Assembly (NCBI GenBank): GCA_018651725.1
Contig: JABIDK010000003.1
Location: 1 to 60,906, forward strand
DNA from: Candidatus Falkowbacteria bacterium
GTDB taxonomy: Bacteria; Patescibacteriota; Patescibacteriia; JAACEG01
DNA: 60,906 nucleotides
Direction of reading: 5' to 3'
A program made the translations under genes and the position numbers. How positions within the stretch are numbered: the stretch's first letter is position 1; each line of letters begins with the position of its first letter. The notes beneath the pieces were generated by a model. It ran no database searches, was not told where the DNA came from, and worked only from the letters and a program-made list of their open reading frames with translations. Of the stretch, positions 25,330 to 34,248 are shown piece by piece.

Positions 25330-25776
25330 TTATTTCAAAGTTACGGTTGCGCCGGCTTCTTCTAGTTTCTTTTTGGCTTCTTCTGCTTCTTCTTTTGATA
25401 CTCCCTCTTTAATTACCTTTGGAGCGGCATCAACTAAATCTTTAGCGTCTTTAAGGCCTACCTCAGTTAGCTCTCTTACGGCTTTAATAACAGAGATTTT
25501 ACTTCCGCCAGCTTCAGTGATCTCAACATCAAAGGAAGATTTTTCCTCAGCTGCTTCAGCTTCTCCACCAGCTGCTGGAGCACCACCAGCTACCTGGATA
25601 GGAGCAGCGGCACTAACACCAAATTTGTCTTCTAGAATTGAAACTAATTCAGCTAAATCTAGAACACTCATTTTTTCGATTTCCTCTACTAAGCTTTTGA
25701 ATTTTTTAGGAACTTCAACGTCCTTTTTTTCTTCAGCAGAAGCTTCTACTGCTTGATCTTTTTTTTCTTCACTCAT
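25330..25776 (-). CDS. rplL: 50S ribosomal protein L7/L12 (with an acidic N-terminal extension of ~20 aa)
   Basis: [18 protein letters not shown], an Ala/Gly hinge, and [34 protein letters not shown]. Confidence 0.92.
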   Translation of the reverse strand: MSEEKKDQAVEASAEEKKDVEVPKKFKSLVEEIEKMSVLDLAELVSILEDKFGVSAAAPIQVAGGAPAAGGEAEAAEEKSSFDVEITEAGGSKISVIKAVRELTEVGLKDAKDLVDAAPKVIKEGVSKEEAEEAKKKLEEAGATVTLK

Positions 25777-25844
25777 ATTTTTTTCTTATTTACTTTAAAT
25801 TACGGAATTACTTTTAGACGTTATTTCGCAATTCAAGATATTAA

Positions 25845-26369
25845 TTAATTTTTTTGTTCTTTTATAGCGTTTAATGTTTGAACCAATCCTCTTAAATTTC
25901 CTTTTAAAACGGTTACAAATCCGCTAACAGGGGCATTAATTGATCCAACAAGTTTAGCAAGTAATTCTTCTTTGCTAGGAATACTTACTAACTTTTTAAC
26001 CATGTTAAGGTCAATAATTTTGCTTTCTAAAATTCCACCCTTTAAAGTAACCACTTCATGATCTTTAGCAAATTTAGCTACAATTTTTGCTGCTGTAACT
26101 TCATCAGCATAAGATAACACAACCGCCACTTCATTGGAAAAAATTTCTTTATCTTCAGCCTTTAAACCGGATTTTTCTAAAGCAATTTTTAAGAGTGTTT
26201 TTTTGGCAACAAGATATTCCAGGTTATTTTCCCTGCAAGTCTTTCTAAGAGTTTCAGTTTCATTTACAGTCAACCCTTGGAAACCAGCAAACACAGCTGC
26301 TTTAGAATCCTCAAGCTTCTTGATTAAAGACTCAAGCATTTCTTTTTTCTGCTGTTTAGTTTTAGGCAT
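25845..26369 (-). CDS. rplJ: 50S ribosomal protein L10
   Basis: Position upstream of rplL, size of 174 aa, and the L10 pattern (KQQKKEMLESL.., GLTVNETETLRK.., VAKKTLL). Confidence 0.88.
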   Translation of the reverse strand: MPKTKQQKKEMLESLIKKLEDSKAAVFAGFQGLTVNETETLRKTCRENNLEYLVAKKTLLKIALEKSGLKAEDKEIFSNEVAVVLSYADEVTAAKIVAKFAKDHEVVTLKGGILESKIIDLNMVKKLVSIPSKEELLAKLVGSINAPVSGFVTVLKGNLRGLVQTLNAIKEQKN

Positions 26370-26516
26370 ATTAGTTAATTAATTAGTTATTATTTAAAAA
26401 TAAAAAATCTGCGCTTAACCGCAGAAGTATTACAAAACAATAAAGTTGTCTTAGTTTTACCTCGATGGGATATTTAAGATCTTTCGACCACCCATTGTCT
26501 ACGGTTATATTTGATT
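26370..26516 (-). promoter_or_regulatory. rplJ 5' leader with terminator-like attenuator hairpin (putative L10 autoregulatory leader)
   Basis: The minus strand has tctgcg-gttaag-cgcaga (26425-26408) followed by ttttttatttt, about 35 nt upstream of the rplJ ATG. A second GC-containing helix (atggg..cccat) lies upstream. Confidence 0.5.
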
Positions 26517-26523
26517 TGTACTT

Positions 26524-26551
26524 ATAATATCATCCTTTTAAAATATGTCAA
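26524..26551 (-). promoter_or_regulatory. sigma70-type promoter of rplJL
   Basis: On the minus strand: TTGACA (26551-26546), 16-nt spacer, TGaTATTAT extended -10 (hexamer at 26529-26524). Confidence 0.6.
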
Positions 26552-26568
26552 GAAATTAAATAAAATAA

Positions 26569-27489
26569 TTATTCATTTTCGATTAAGTTAATAAAATCTG
26601 GTTCTCCAAAAATATCAATGAATAATTCAATATTAGACTCGGGATACAATTTTTCTATACTTTCCACCAAATACTGTTCATTAATTTTATCCAATCTACC
26701 AGATAATAATCTCATTTGAGTTTGCGATGGGCCATAAATAAACTCTTCAGAAACAGGATTAAACTTAAAAAATGGCGCCGTTACAATAACCGTATTAGGT
26801 GAAACATTCTTTCTAAAATTATATTTTTCCTCGCTTATTGAATATTCATTATCAATAAACAGCGGAAGATGGTCATACATATATTCACTAAAAAATCCAT
26901 TTTCATTAATACTAAAAATATATACTTGATAATTACCAGGTCTACCTAAATAATATTCTTCATAATAATTAAACCAATTAACTCCAATAATGCCATCGAT
27001 ATAGGGCTTAGAGAGGCTATTTTCGATTTCCTTAAAAGTTGTTACTCCTAACTTAAAAACTAAATTTATATTATTGAGTGTTATTTCAGGTATAAAATCA
27101 CCAGACAATGTAGTAACAGAATATACGAACACCTTGCCGTCTTCATCGGTTATAGCTGTTATTGCGCATAAATTATTAATAAACACATGCTCTTTATACG
27201 AATTTGTTATAGAGGTCATAATTTTATCACCCCCAACAATATCTCCTCCTATATTATTGCCATATATAATTTCTGAATTATCAAGACTATTACCTTTCAC
27301 GCTATTCTCAATATTATTATTAACTGTTTTACCACTCTTAGCTGGAGAAAAAAAAGACCAAATAGCAGAACCTATTAAAAAAATTGTGACTCCTAAAAAA
27401 ATATATCCGATTATAGTTTCTTGAAATTTATCCTTATCTTTGATAATTTTTATTAAATTTATCCTGCCCATAAATTGGCTTGTAAACAT
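26569..27489 (-). CDS. hypothetical membrane-anchored protein
   Basis: Complete ATG ORF with one N-terminal TM helix (IIGYIFLGVTIFLIGSAIWSFF). No motif. Confidence 0.5.
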   Translation of the reverse strand: MFTSQFMGRINLIKIIKDKDKFQETIIGYIFLGVTIFLIGSAIWSFFSPAKSGKTVNNNIENSVKGNSLDNSEIIYGNNIGGDIVGGDKIMTSITNSYKEHVFINNLCAITAITDEDGKVFVYSVTTLSGDFIPEITLNNINLVFKLGVTTFKEIENSLSKPYIDGIIGVNWFNYYEEYYLGRPGNYQVYIFSINENGFFSEYMYDHLPLFIDNEYSISEEKYNFRKNVSPNTVIVTAPFFKFNPVSEEFIYGPSQTQMRLLSGRLDKINEQYLVESIEKLYPESNIELFIDIFGEPDFINLIENE

Positions 27490-27534
27490 TGAAAAAGGTT
27501 AACTATAGAATAAAAATTTTTTAATAAAAATATT

Positions 27535-27918
27535 CTATAAATTTTCATCAATAAATTTCTTTAATGCGATTAAATCTTTTTTATCTTTATCATAATGAAA
27601 CGTATTTATACCTACAGATTGAGCACTTTTTACCGCAGATTCTTTGTGCTCAAAATAAATCACGTCTTTAGCCTCTAAATTAAAATGATCAAGCATTGTT
27701 TTATAATATTTAGGGTCTTCTTTTTCGGGATCATGTTTTAATGTAAATACTTCATAAGGCATATTATGTAATTCAAATTTTTCAGCCTGTTCATCATTAG
27801 CACTAGTTAAAATAATTTTTTTATTAGAATATTGCTCAAGCGTTTTATACATATCTGCAAAAATACCCTCTCCTTTAATTACAAAAGTTCTAATTGCATC
27901 TACTAAAATTGTTTTCAT
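27535..27918 (-). CDS. small HAD-superfamily-like protein (degenerate motif I)
   Basis: ILVDAIRT at the N-terminus (second Asp missing), ILTSAN, and YFEHKESAVKSAQSVGI resembling HAD motifs II-IV. Confidence 0.35.
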   Translation of the reverse strand: MKTILVDAIRTFVIKGEGIFADMYKTLEQYSNKKIILTSANDEQAEKFELHNMPYEVFTLKHDPEKEDPKYYKTMLDHFNLEAKDVIYFEHKESAVKSAQSVGINTFHYDKDKKDLIALKKFIDENL

Positions 27919-27995
27919 ATTATTAATGATTGTTTGGTAAAAAATATAAATAAATTAAATTATGTAATTAATTTAATATGTAATTAAAAAATATT

Positions 27996-28382
27996 CTAAG
28001 GATTATTCCTTAAATTAGTCTCTTGCTTAAAGAAATACCTTATCCCCTTTCCGGCAAGGGGCTCATCTTTAAAACGAAGTGCTACATGAAGATGAGAATG
28101 CGGGACAACCTGTCCACCAACCTCACCAACATTCCAGCCAATATTATATCCATCTGGATTATATTTATCCATCAGCTCTTTAACTTCTAATAACATTTCT
28201 TTAATAGCCAACCACTCTTCATTATCAATATCAAAAGGATTTTCAATATGTCTTTTGGTTATTATCATCCCAGCATATTCCGGAACATGGTCTAATGAAT
28301 TAACAAAATAACAACAATCATTTTCTAATAATATTTCTCCTTTTAACGTTTTATTATCTAAACAAAAATTACAATTGTCCAT
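27996..28382 (-). CDS. HIT (histidine triad) family protein
   Basis: VPHSHLHVAL histidine triad HxHxHxx. Size of 128 aa. Confidence 0.8.
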   Translation of the reverse strand: MDNCNFCLDNKTLKGEILLENDCCYFVNSLDHVPEYAGMIITKRHIENPFDIDNEEWLAIKEMLLEVKELMDKYNPDGYNIGWNVGEVGGQVVPHSHLHVALRFKDEPLAGKGIRYFFKQETNLRNNP

Positions 28383-28386
28383 ATTA

Positions 28387-29397
28387 TTATTTTAAATATT
28401 TATTTGAATTACTTAAATGTTCTTCATAGGTTATAGAAAAAACGGTTTCGCCGTTTGGTTTGGAGAGAAAATATACATAATCTGTAAATTCCGGGTAAAC
28501 TGCGGCCTCAATTGCTTGAAGTCCCGGATTGGCAATTGGACCTGGAGGAAGACCTTTATTAGTATAAGTATTATAAGGTGAATCAATTTTTGTGTCTTCA
28601 AAAGAGTACCTGATTTTACTTTCACCTAAAATATAACCAATGGTTGCGCACGACTCAAGTGGTTGGCCGTACTTGATCCGATCCCAAAAAATTCCGGAGA
28701 CTACTTTCATGTCTTTAGTGCTTCTTACTTCTTTTTGAATAACGCTTGCCATAGTAAGTATTTCGTAAAGATCTTTTTCTTGTTTTTGAATTTCATCTCG
28801 TAATTCTTGGGTTAATTTTTTATCAAAATTTTTAAGCATTTTTCTAATAATGTCTTCAACCTCTGAGTTGTTATAAATTCGATAGGTATCGGGAAATAAA
28901 AATCCTTCTAAATTTTTGTCGCTAGGGATAGATGATAAAAACTGAAAATCTTCTTTAAAACTTTTAACATCTTCTACTGCTTCTAAAAAAAACTTCTTCT
29001 CTGCGATATTTTCTTTTTCCAAATATTCTGCCATCTCCACTGCGTTCCAACCCTCGATTAATTTTATCTCAACCTCTTCCCCGCTTTTTTGACCTTTAAT
29101 TAAAACTTTTGTTAATTCTTTAATATTTATTGGCTTACTAAAAAAATATTCTCCAGCCTTAATCTTTCCTTCATTTTTAAATAGCCATAAATATGTTTCA
29201 AAAGACAATTTATCACAAACAACGCCGGCTTCATTTAATTTAATGCTTATTTCATTTACACCCAAACCCGGTTTAATCAATAAACTTTTACTACCCTCTC
29301 CACAAGGCTTGCTAATAGCGTTCAAAAAATAAAAAACGGATATAATTGATATTAAAATTATTGCGATCAATGTTTTTAAAATTATTTTTTTTATCAT
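28387..29397 (-). CDS. mltG: endolytic murein transglycosylase MltG (YceG-like)
   Basis: N-terminal TM helix, LysM-like segment, and signature SPYNTYTNKGLPPGPIANPG. Confidence 0.88.
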   Translation of the reverse strand: MIKKIILKTLIAIILISIISVFYFLNAISKPCGEGSKSLLIKPGLGVNEISIKLNEAGVVCDKLSFETYLWLFKNEGKIKAGEYFFSKPINIKELTKVLIKGQKSGEEVEIKLIEGWNAVEMAEYLEKENIAEKKFFLEAVEDVKSFKEDFQFLSSIPSDKNLEGFLFPDTYRIYNNSEVEDIIRKMLKNFDKKLTQELRDEIQKQEKDLYEILTMASVIQKEVRSTKDMKVVSGIFWDRIKYGQPLESCATIGYILGESKIRYSFEDTKIDSPYNTYTNKGLPPGPIANPGLQAIEAAVYPEFTDYVYFLSKPNGETVFSITYEEHLSNSNKYLK

Positions 29398-29398
29398 A

Positions 29399-30010
29399 TT
29401 AATTAACTAAGGGCACAAAAGTAAACCCCGGGTATCTTGTTTCGTCAAAAGTATTGTCTGACTTTTTAATAAATAAACTAACCCCATCTTCAACCGGTAT
29501 TAATAATCGTCCTTTGATTTTTAGCTGGTCTTTTAAAGCTTGTGGTACTTTATCGGCCATAGCGGAAACTAAAATTTTATCAAAAGGAGCCTTTTCTTTT
29601 AAACCTTTCGTTCCGTCTTTGCAAAACATCTGCACTATATTTTTTTCTATATGATTATATTTTTTAATATTATTTTCACCGAATTCTTTTAGTTCTGGAA
29701 TATATTCTATTCCGTAAACTTTTCCTTCTTCCCCAACAATACTAGCCAGAAGTGCGGTAGTCCATCCAGAACCGGTTCCAACATCCAAAATCTTATCTCC
29801 TTTTTTTGGTTGCAATAACTCTAACATAAAAGCAACCGTTAAGGGCTGAGAAATAGTTTGCTCATATCCTATTGGTAACGGATAATTACCTTCAGCCTCA
29901 TCTTTAAATTCATCCAAAACAAAATCCTCCCGTTTCACCTCTCTAAACGCCTCTATAATTACCGAGCTTTTAAGATAACCATCATCAATTAATTGATCTA
30001 TTAATGACAT
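29399..30010 (-). CDS. pcm: protein-L-isoaspartate O-methyltransferase
   Basis: TISQPLTVAFMLELL and ILDVGTGSGWTTALLA SAM-binding motifs. Confidence 0.85.
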   Translation of the reverse strand: MSLIDQLIDDGYLKSSVIIEAFREVKREDFVLDEFKDEAEGNYPLPIGYEQTISQPLTVAFMLELLQPKKGDKILDVGTGSGWTTALLASIVGEEGKVYGIEYIPELKEFGENNIKKYNHIEKNIVQMFCKDGTKGLKEKAPFDKILVSAMADKVPQALKDQLKIKGRLLIPVEDGVSLFIKKSDNTFDETRYPGFTFVPLVN

Positions 30011-30019
30011 ATGTTTCGA

Positions 30020-30478
30020 CTAAACCGATAAACTTAACACCTCCACCAAAGCCATTCCTGCTTCATATCCTTTATTATTTTCATCGTCTTTTGCCCGTGC
30101 TTGGGCTTGCTCTAAATTATAAGTAGTTATAACTCCAAAAGTTATTGGTAGGCCTTCATCTAAGCTAACTCTCATAAATCCATCTGTTATTGCCTTGGCT
30201 ACATAGTCAAAATGAGCGGTTTCTCCTTTTATTATAGTGCCAATAGTAATAATACCGTCAAACTTTTTTTTCCTGGCCACCTTTTGACAAACTATCGGAA
30301 TCTCAACAGATCCCGGCACAACAAATACCTCAATATCTTTATCGTTAACCCCTGATTCTTTTAATGCTTTAATCGCTCCGTCTCTCATTTTATTTGTAAT
30401 GCCTTCATTAAAATGAGCCTGAACAATCGCTATTTTTTTTCCTTCCCCGTTTAATTTTTTAAAAGTATTTATTTCCAT
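30020..30478 (-). CDS. ribH: 6,7-dimethyl-8-ribityllumazine synthase
   Basis: IAIVQAHFN, VPGSVEIP and IGTIIKGETAHFDYV motifs. Confidence 0.88.
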   Translation of the reverse strand: MEINTFKKLNGEGKKIAIVQAHFNEGITNKMRDGAIKALKESGVNDKDIEVFVVPGSVEIPIVCQKVARKKKFDGIITIGTIIKGETAHFDYVAKAITDGFMRVSLDEGLPITFGVITTYNLEQAQARAKDDENNKGYEAGMALVEVLSLSV

Positions 30479-30488
30479 AAAACATTAT

Positions 30489-31076
30489 TTAAAAATTTTT
30501 GAATTGATACAAGTATCTCGCTATCATATCAACTTCTAAATTAATTTTATCTCCTTTTTTAAATTCTGACAAATTTGTAATTTCTAGTGTATGAGTAATA
30601 AGGCTTACCTTGAACCAATCTTTACCTACCCCAGAGATCGTTAAGCTTACTCCGTTAATGCTAACTGACCCCTTATAAGCTAAAAATTTAATTAACTCAG
30701 TTGGTGTATTAATAATTAAATTAATATATTCTTTGTCTTGTTCAATTTTTTTAACTTCGCCAACCCCATCAACATGACCCATTACAAAATGTCCGTCTAA
30801 TCTACCACCTACTTTTAAAGATTTTTCTAAATTTATTAAATCTCCTTTTTTAGAGTCTTGAAATTTAGTTAATCTTAAAGTCTCCGGCATTAGCTCAGCT
30901 ATAAAATCATTACTGGTTTTTTTAACTACTGTTAAACATACACCATCGCAAGAAATACTGGCTCCAATTTTAATATCATCCAAAAAATTATCTGCTTCAA
31001 TAGTAAAATAAACCTTATCTTTCAGATTTTCTATTTTTTTAATTTGTCCTGTTTTTTCAACAATTCCAGAAAACAT
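30489..31076 (-). CDS. ribE: riboflavin synthase alpha chain
   Basis: MFSGIVEKTGQI start (second ATG; the track start at 31085 adds MTC), and duplicated lumazine-binding halves (..SCDGVCLTV.., ..SINGVSLTI..). Confidence 0.85.
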   Translation of the reverse strand: MFSGIVEKTGQIKKIENLKDKVYFTIEADNFLDDIKIGASISCDGVCLTVVKKTSNDFIAELMPETLRLTKFQDSKKGDLINLEKSLKVGGRLDGHFVMGHVDGVGEVKKIEQDKEYINLIINTPTELIKFLAYKGSVSINGVSLTISGVGKDWFKVSLITHTLEITNLSEFKKGDKINLEVDMIARYLYQFKNF

Positions 31077-31156
31077 ACACGTCATTTAAACATATAAACA
31101 TTTTAACATCTTAATAATAACACGATTTATTTAAATGCTAATATGTTTATATGAAA

Positions 31157-33226
31157 TTATTCTAAATGCATTGCTTCTTTTAATTCTTCTATTTTATTTT
31201 TTAGTTCAGGATGATTCTCTAAATCCATATCACTGCTTAAAACCCTACTTGCTTCGCTGTTTGCTTTTTCTATTAGTTCATGATCAAAAAAACTGGCGAT
31301 TTTAAATTCAGGAAAACCGGATTGGCTTTTACCGTAAACTTCTCCCGGGCCTCTAAGCTCTAAATCACGTTTGGCGATTTGAAAACCGTCATCTGAATCA
31401 ACTAAGGCTTGGAGCCTTTCTTCAACTTTCTCACTTGCGCTATCGTTAAATAAAAAACAATATGATTGATATTCGCTTCTGCCAACCCTTCCTCTAAATT
31501 GATGCAGTTGAGACAAGCCAAAACGCTCTGATCCTTCAATCATCATAACAGTTGCGTTAGGAATATCAACCCCAACCTCCACGACCGAAGTCGCCACTAA
31601 AATTTTTGTCTTATTTTCTAAAAAATCTTGCATTATTTCTTCCTTTTCTTCAGTTTTCATTTTTCCATGAAGCGCGGCTATTTTAATTTTAGGAAATATC
31701 TTTTTATCTAACTTTTCATATTCAGCCGTAACTGACTTTACCCCTAGCTTATCGCTTTCATTAATTAAAGGACAAATCACAAAAACTTGTTTTCCCTCTT
31801 TTATTTGATTTAAAATAAAGTTATAAGTTTCCTGTCTTTCCACTGGCTCAATAATTTTAGTTATTATCTTTTTTCTTCCTTTAGGCATCTCTGCAATTAT
31901 ACTTAAATCTAAATCTCCAAAAAGAGCCAAATGCAAAGACCTAGGTATCGGTGTTGCAGTCATAGACAAAAAGTGGGGTATGGTTTGAGTCTCAGATTTT
32001 TCACTCAATTCCTTCCTCTGCTCTACTCCAAATCTATGTTGCTCGTCGATAACAACTAATGCTAAATTTTTAAACTCAATGCTTTTCTGTATTAAAGCAT
32101 GTGTTCCGACGATTATATCTATTTCCCCTGCTGATATTTTATTTAAAAAATCTTTCTTTTTTATATTTTCGTCCATTGAACACATTTTTTGTTCAGTACG
32201 AGTTAAAAGTCCTATTTTAACTTTTTCATTTTTGTATAACTTACAAAGAGAGTTAAATTGCTGTTTAGCTAAAATTTCTGTTGGCGCCATATAAGCTGAC
32301 TGCTGTTTATTATAAGCAACGTTTAACATAGCAATAACCGATACAATTGTTTTGCCTGATCCAACATCACCTTCAAGCAATCTGTTCATTGGATAATCTT
32401 TTTGCATATCCAATAAAATCGCCCAACTCGACTTCCTTTGATCGTTAGTCAATTTGAAAGGCAAACTTTGAACAAATTTCTTAATCTTCTCTTCTTCAAA
32501 TGTTATTTTTGAAGAAGAGGAATCTTTTAATTTCTTTTTAATAATTTGACTCTGCAGTTGAATTAAAAAAAGCTCGTTAAACTTTAAACGAGTTTGAGCT
32601 TTTATTAACATCTCTTTATTGTCCGGAAAATGAATTTGCTTTAATGCTTCTTGCAGATCCAAAAAATTTAATCTTTGCTTACTTTCACTTGACAACCAGT
32701 CCTTAATATTTTTTCGAAGAGATAAAATTGAACTTATAAAAAATCTTAAATGTTTATTTGTTACTCCAGCCACCAGTGGATAAACCGGCGCAAATCTCCC
32801 GGCAGTAGAGGTAATTTTTTTTACTTTTTCATATTCAGGAGAAGTCATCTGCAGTGTTTTATAACTTGCCTCAACTTTGCCTGACAAATATATATTTTCC
32901 CCCTGTCTAATATTCTTAATTAAAAAAGGCTGGTTGAACCAGACAACTTTTATAGTACCTGACTCATCAGAAATAACCGCTTCGGTTAAAATTCTTCTTT
33001 GTACAGGACTTCTCCTGGTCTCTATCAAATCAACTCTACCCTTGATAGTTATGATGTCTCCGGGAATTAAATCTTTGATTTTTTTTAGCTTGCTAAAATC
33101 ATCGTAACGAAAAGGAAAATAATTCAAAAGATCCAAAATAGTAATAATCCCCATTTTTTTAAGACGAGCTGATAATCTTTTAGCGATCGGAGAGACCTCC
33201 AAAACTTTTGAATCTAAAGTAAGCAT
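31157..33226 (-). CDS. recG: ATP-dependent DNA helicase RecG
   Basis: N-terminal wedge/OB region, GDVGSGKT, DEQHRFG, MTATPIPR and QLHQFRGRVGR. Confidence 0.92.
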   Translation of the reverse strand: MLTLDSKVLEVSPIAKRLSARLKKMGIITILDLLNYFPFRYDDFSKLKKIKDLIPGDIITIKGRVDLIETRRSPVQRRILTEAVISDESGTIKVVWFNQPFLIKNIRQGENIYLSGKVEASYKTLQMTSPEYEKVKKITSTAGRFAPVYPLVAGVTNKHLRFFISSILSLRKNIKDWLSSESKQRLNFLDLQEALKQIHFPDNKEMLIKAQTRLKFNELFLIQLQSQIIKKKLKDSSSSKITFEEEKIKKFVQSLPFKLTNDQRKSSWAILLDMQKDYPMNRLLEGDVGSGKTIVSVIAMLNVAYNKQQSAYMAPTEILAKQQFNSLCKLYKNEKVKIGLLTRTEQKMCSMDENIKKKDFLNKISAGEIDIIVGTHALIQKSIEFKNLALVVIDEQHRFGVEQRKELSEKSETQTIPHFLSMTATPIPRSLHLALFGDLDLSIIAEMPKGRKKIITKIIEPVERQETYNFILNQIKEGKQVFVICPLINESDKLGVKSVTAEYEKLDKKIFPKIKIAALHGKMKTEEKEEIMQDFLENKTKILVATSVVEVGVDIPNATVMMIEGSERFGLSQLHQFRGRVGRSEYQSYCFLFNDSASEKVEERLQALVDSDDGFQIAKRDLELRGPGEVYGKSQSGFPEFKIASFFDHELIEKANSEASRVLSSDMDLENHPELKNKIEELKEAMHLE

Positions 33227-33230
33227 AATG

Positions 33231-33302
33231 TGCTCCCACCAGGAGTCGAACCTGGATCACAAGATCCGCAATCTTGCGTTCTATCCATTAAACTATGGGA
33301 GC
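33231..33302 (-). tRNA. tRNA-Arg, anticodon GCG (CCA not encoded)
   Basis: Cloverleaf by hand: acceptor gctccca/tgggagc, D-stem gttt/gaac with a GGA D-loop (A20), anticodon stem caaga/tcttg with loop ttGCGga, T-arm ccagg-ttcgact-cctgg. It ends 4 nt from the recG start. Confidence 0.75.
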
Positions 33303-33334
33303 CTTAATAAACCTATTAAAAAATAACAAAATTA

Positions 33335-33355
33335 AAAGCGACTAAAAGTCGCCCT
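33335..33355 (-). terminator. small terminator hairpin after the 163-aa gene
   Basis: The minus strand reads gcgac-tttta-gtcgc, followed by ttttaatttt. Confidence 0.45.
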
Positions 33356-33372
33356 ATGTATTATTACATAAT

Positions 33373-33864
33373 TTACAACTTCATCATTCTCCCTAAGGCC
33401 TCGGATGTTGATTCGCCTTCTTTTTCTAAATCTTCTTCTAAATATTTTGTTAAAATATCTCTAAGCTCTAAAGGGGAGTTTTTTTCTATTGGTATTATTA
33501 AGATACTTTTAAAAATATTATCAACTTCAAAATAAAGTTTTTTTACCTCTGGTGGATCGTAGGCAATCCAAAAATTATTTAAACCTTTAAAACCATAAAA
33601 CTTTTCGTTTAATAAAATACCATTCTCATATATTGAGAATTTCATTTTCAATGGATCTTGTTTGTGAGAATGGATTACAACAACAAATATCATAATCATA
33701 ACAATCGCAAACAAAAAATTATCTGTTCTTGCAGAATACAAAAGTAACAAACCAATCATTAAAAAAGCACCAACATACCAAGCGGTTGTTCTATTGTGCT
33801 TAATATACTCCGGAAAAGTCCAACTTTTTATTTTTTCACCTTGCTGTTGCGTTTGTTCTGACAT
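33373..33864 (-). CDS. hypothetical two-TM membrane protein
   Basis: Complete ATG ORF with two adjacent hydrophobic helices (AWYVGAFLMIGLLLLY, FLFAIVMIMIFVVVI). Confidence 0.5.
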   Translation of the reverse strand: MSEQTQQQGEKIKSWTFPEYIKHNRTTAWYVGAFLMIGLLLLYSARTDNFLFAIVMIMIFVVVIHSHKQDPLKMKFSIYENGILLNEKFYGFKGLNNFWIAYDPPEVKKLYFEVDNIFKSILIIPIEKNSPLELRDILTKYLEEDLEKEGESTSEALGRMMKL

Positions 33865-33879
33865 ATGGTTTTATTTACA

Positions 33880-33990
33880 ATAAACTTCTCATCCCTTTTT
33901 CATTTAATCCTGCGGAGAGGGAGGGATTTACCCATCCGGGCATAAACTTCTCATCCCTTTTTCATTTAATCCTGCGGAGAGGGAGGGATT
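33880..33990. repeat. perfect 49-nt tandem direct repeat (period 62 nt) comprising the last 16 nt of tRNA-Ser(GCU) plus 33 nt of its 3' flank
   Basis: 33880-33928 and 33942-33990 are identical (ataaacttctcatccctttttcatttaatcctgcggagagggagggatt), separated by tacccatccgggc. Confidence 0.9.
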
Positions 33991-34061
33991 CGAACCCTCG
34001 AGAAGCGTTAACCTCTACATCCTTAGCAGGGATGCGCTTTCAACCGCTCAGCCACCTCTCC
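33975..34061 (-). tRNA. tRNA-Ser, anticodon GCU (long variable arm; CCA not encoded)
   Basis: ggagaggtggctgagcggttgaa.., anticodon arm catcc-ctGCTaa-ggatg, long extra arm, T-arm with ggttcgaatcc, acceptor ggagagg/cctctcc, discriminator G. Confidence 0.85.
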
Positions 34062-34089
34062 TATATAAACATTACACTTAAAATCAAAG

Positions 34090-34176
34090 CGGAGGGACAG
34101 GGATTCGAACCCTGGGAACCCGTTAAGGCTCAACAGTTTTCAAGACTGTCGCATTCAACCGCTCTGCCATCCCTCC
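34090..34176 (-). tRNA. tRNA-Ser, anticodon UGA (long variable arm; CCA not encoded)
   Basis: ggagggatggcagagcggttgaa.., anticodon arm acagt-ctTGAaa-actgt, long extra arm, gggttcgaatccc T-arm, acceptor ggaggga/tccctcc. Confidence 0.85.
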
Positions 34177-34248
34177 ACCTCAACTTCAAGTTGTTATATA
34201 ATAATAGTATTGTATAACAATTTTCTTGTTTGTCAATCTATATAATAT

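Noticed and set aside
25241-25756. 171-aa plus-strand ORF rich in A/S/T
   Set aside because: It is the antisense shadow of rplL (low-complexity Ala/Glu/Lys coding mirrored). It has a TTG start inside the palindrome and crosses the rplL terminator.
30020-31076. ribH-ribE present without ribD or ribBA in the window, considered as a partial riboflavin pathway
   Set aside because: The other genes may simply lie elsewhere in the genome, so this cannot be judged from one window.
34032-34217. 61-aa plus-strand ORF in the ORF track
   Set aside because: It lies entirely antisense over the two tRNA-Ser genes (33975-34061 and 34090-34176). The openness of the frame is explained by the GC-rich tRNA sequence.
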